Shown: positions 33,306 through 33,992 of the stretch, piece by piece
How the letters are laid out: every line of letters begins with the position of its first letter
Numbering within the stretch: position 1 is the first letter of the stretch
Assembly: GCA_032718475.1 (NCBI GenBank)
Contig: JAUCBJ010005748.1
Coordinates: 1 to 33,992 of the forward strand
Direction: 5' to 3'
From: Nemertoderma westbladi
Taxonomy: Eukaryota > Animalia > Xenacoelomorpha
DNA: 33,992 nucleotides
Program-made: the position numbers and the translations under genes
Notes under the pieces: generated by a model
What the model was told of the DNA's origin: nothing
What the model saw: only the letters and a program-made list of their open reading frames with translations
Database searches by the model: none

Positions 33306-33875
33306 CATTTGGTGGAGTAATAATGACATCCGAGAGGAAAAGCTTGAAAGATATATAAAGAAAGACAAGTGACTGCCTTGGTTGGTATGTCCTGTAACAC
33401 AATAACTATACCATTATTGGGAACTGCTCAGAATGAAGACAAGGCCAAGGTATATGGTGGAATAAATGTTAGATAACTATTGAGTAAGTAAGAACTCACA
33501 TAATCATACATAATATAGTAACTCCACTTGAACAATCGGTATGTATGTATATATGTAATACAAAAAATACTGATGGTAGGTTACTGCACTATCAAATAAC
33601 CAACCAGTATTAACAATAACTTATTGGACAATAGAGAAAATACTGAAAGGGTTATAATAATATGCATATATAATATAAACATGAAGCAATAATTAATTAC
33701 ATATGTATATAAACATTTCTTGAATTTTTTGTGTTTAGATAATATTTTTTTTGTTTTTGCATAATAGTTTTTTGTCATTGTTTTGGTATTTTGTGGAATA
33801 TTTAAATTTTTTTTGTATTTAGGAGTAATATATATACAAACACAATGCACAATCATACAATACATACAACACATC

Positions 33876-33992
33876 ACTTCCTGGGTTAACAGAGCCCCAA
33901 TTAAGAAGGTTGCCCAGTTTGTGGGAGGTAACAGTCAGGTTAATGTTGTGATCCATAAATATGGCACTATATCAACAACTTCCTGGGTTAAC
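33876..33992. repeat. Probable start of a 102-bp tandem repeat running off the right edge
   Basis: ACTTCCTGGGTTAAC at 33876-33890 and 33978-33992. Confidence 0.5.

Noticed and set aside
32706-33877. Hydrophobic minus-strand ORFs
   Set aside because: Products of a TGTC/TATG microsatellite and AT-rich low complexity

Overview
Eukaryotic (animal-like, AT-rich, spliceosomal introns) genomic window; no prokaryotic features, CRISPR, rRNA or true tRNA genes seen. Left half (1-17.3 kb) is gene-dense: last exon of a RagA/B GTPase (+), a two-exon glyoxalase II/HAGH-like gene (-) with an unusual Cys-rich 25-aa repeat tail, an intronless DUF1295/steroid-reductase-like gene (+), an intronless tubulin-tyrosine ligase TTL (+), and the first two coding exons of the motile-cilia gene CFAP61 (+) preceded by an RFX X-box/CCAAT promoter. 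These genes are interleaved with a tRNA-derived SINE, several MITE-like inverted repeats and two long intronic minisatellites that both end at or just before 3' splice sites. Right half (17.2-34 kb) appears to be one large CFAP61 intron filled with nested mobile DNA: a 5'-truncated CR1/L2-group LINE with a 7-bp TSD, an RTE-like relic, a minus-strand LTR with PPT whose internal region is a non-coding array of short hairpins in almost G-free, TACTAAC/CTCTAA-rich linkers, and a >7.5-kb Helitron-like composite with hierarchical duplications. All homology calls come from recalled family motifs; no search was run.
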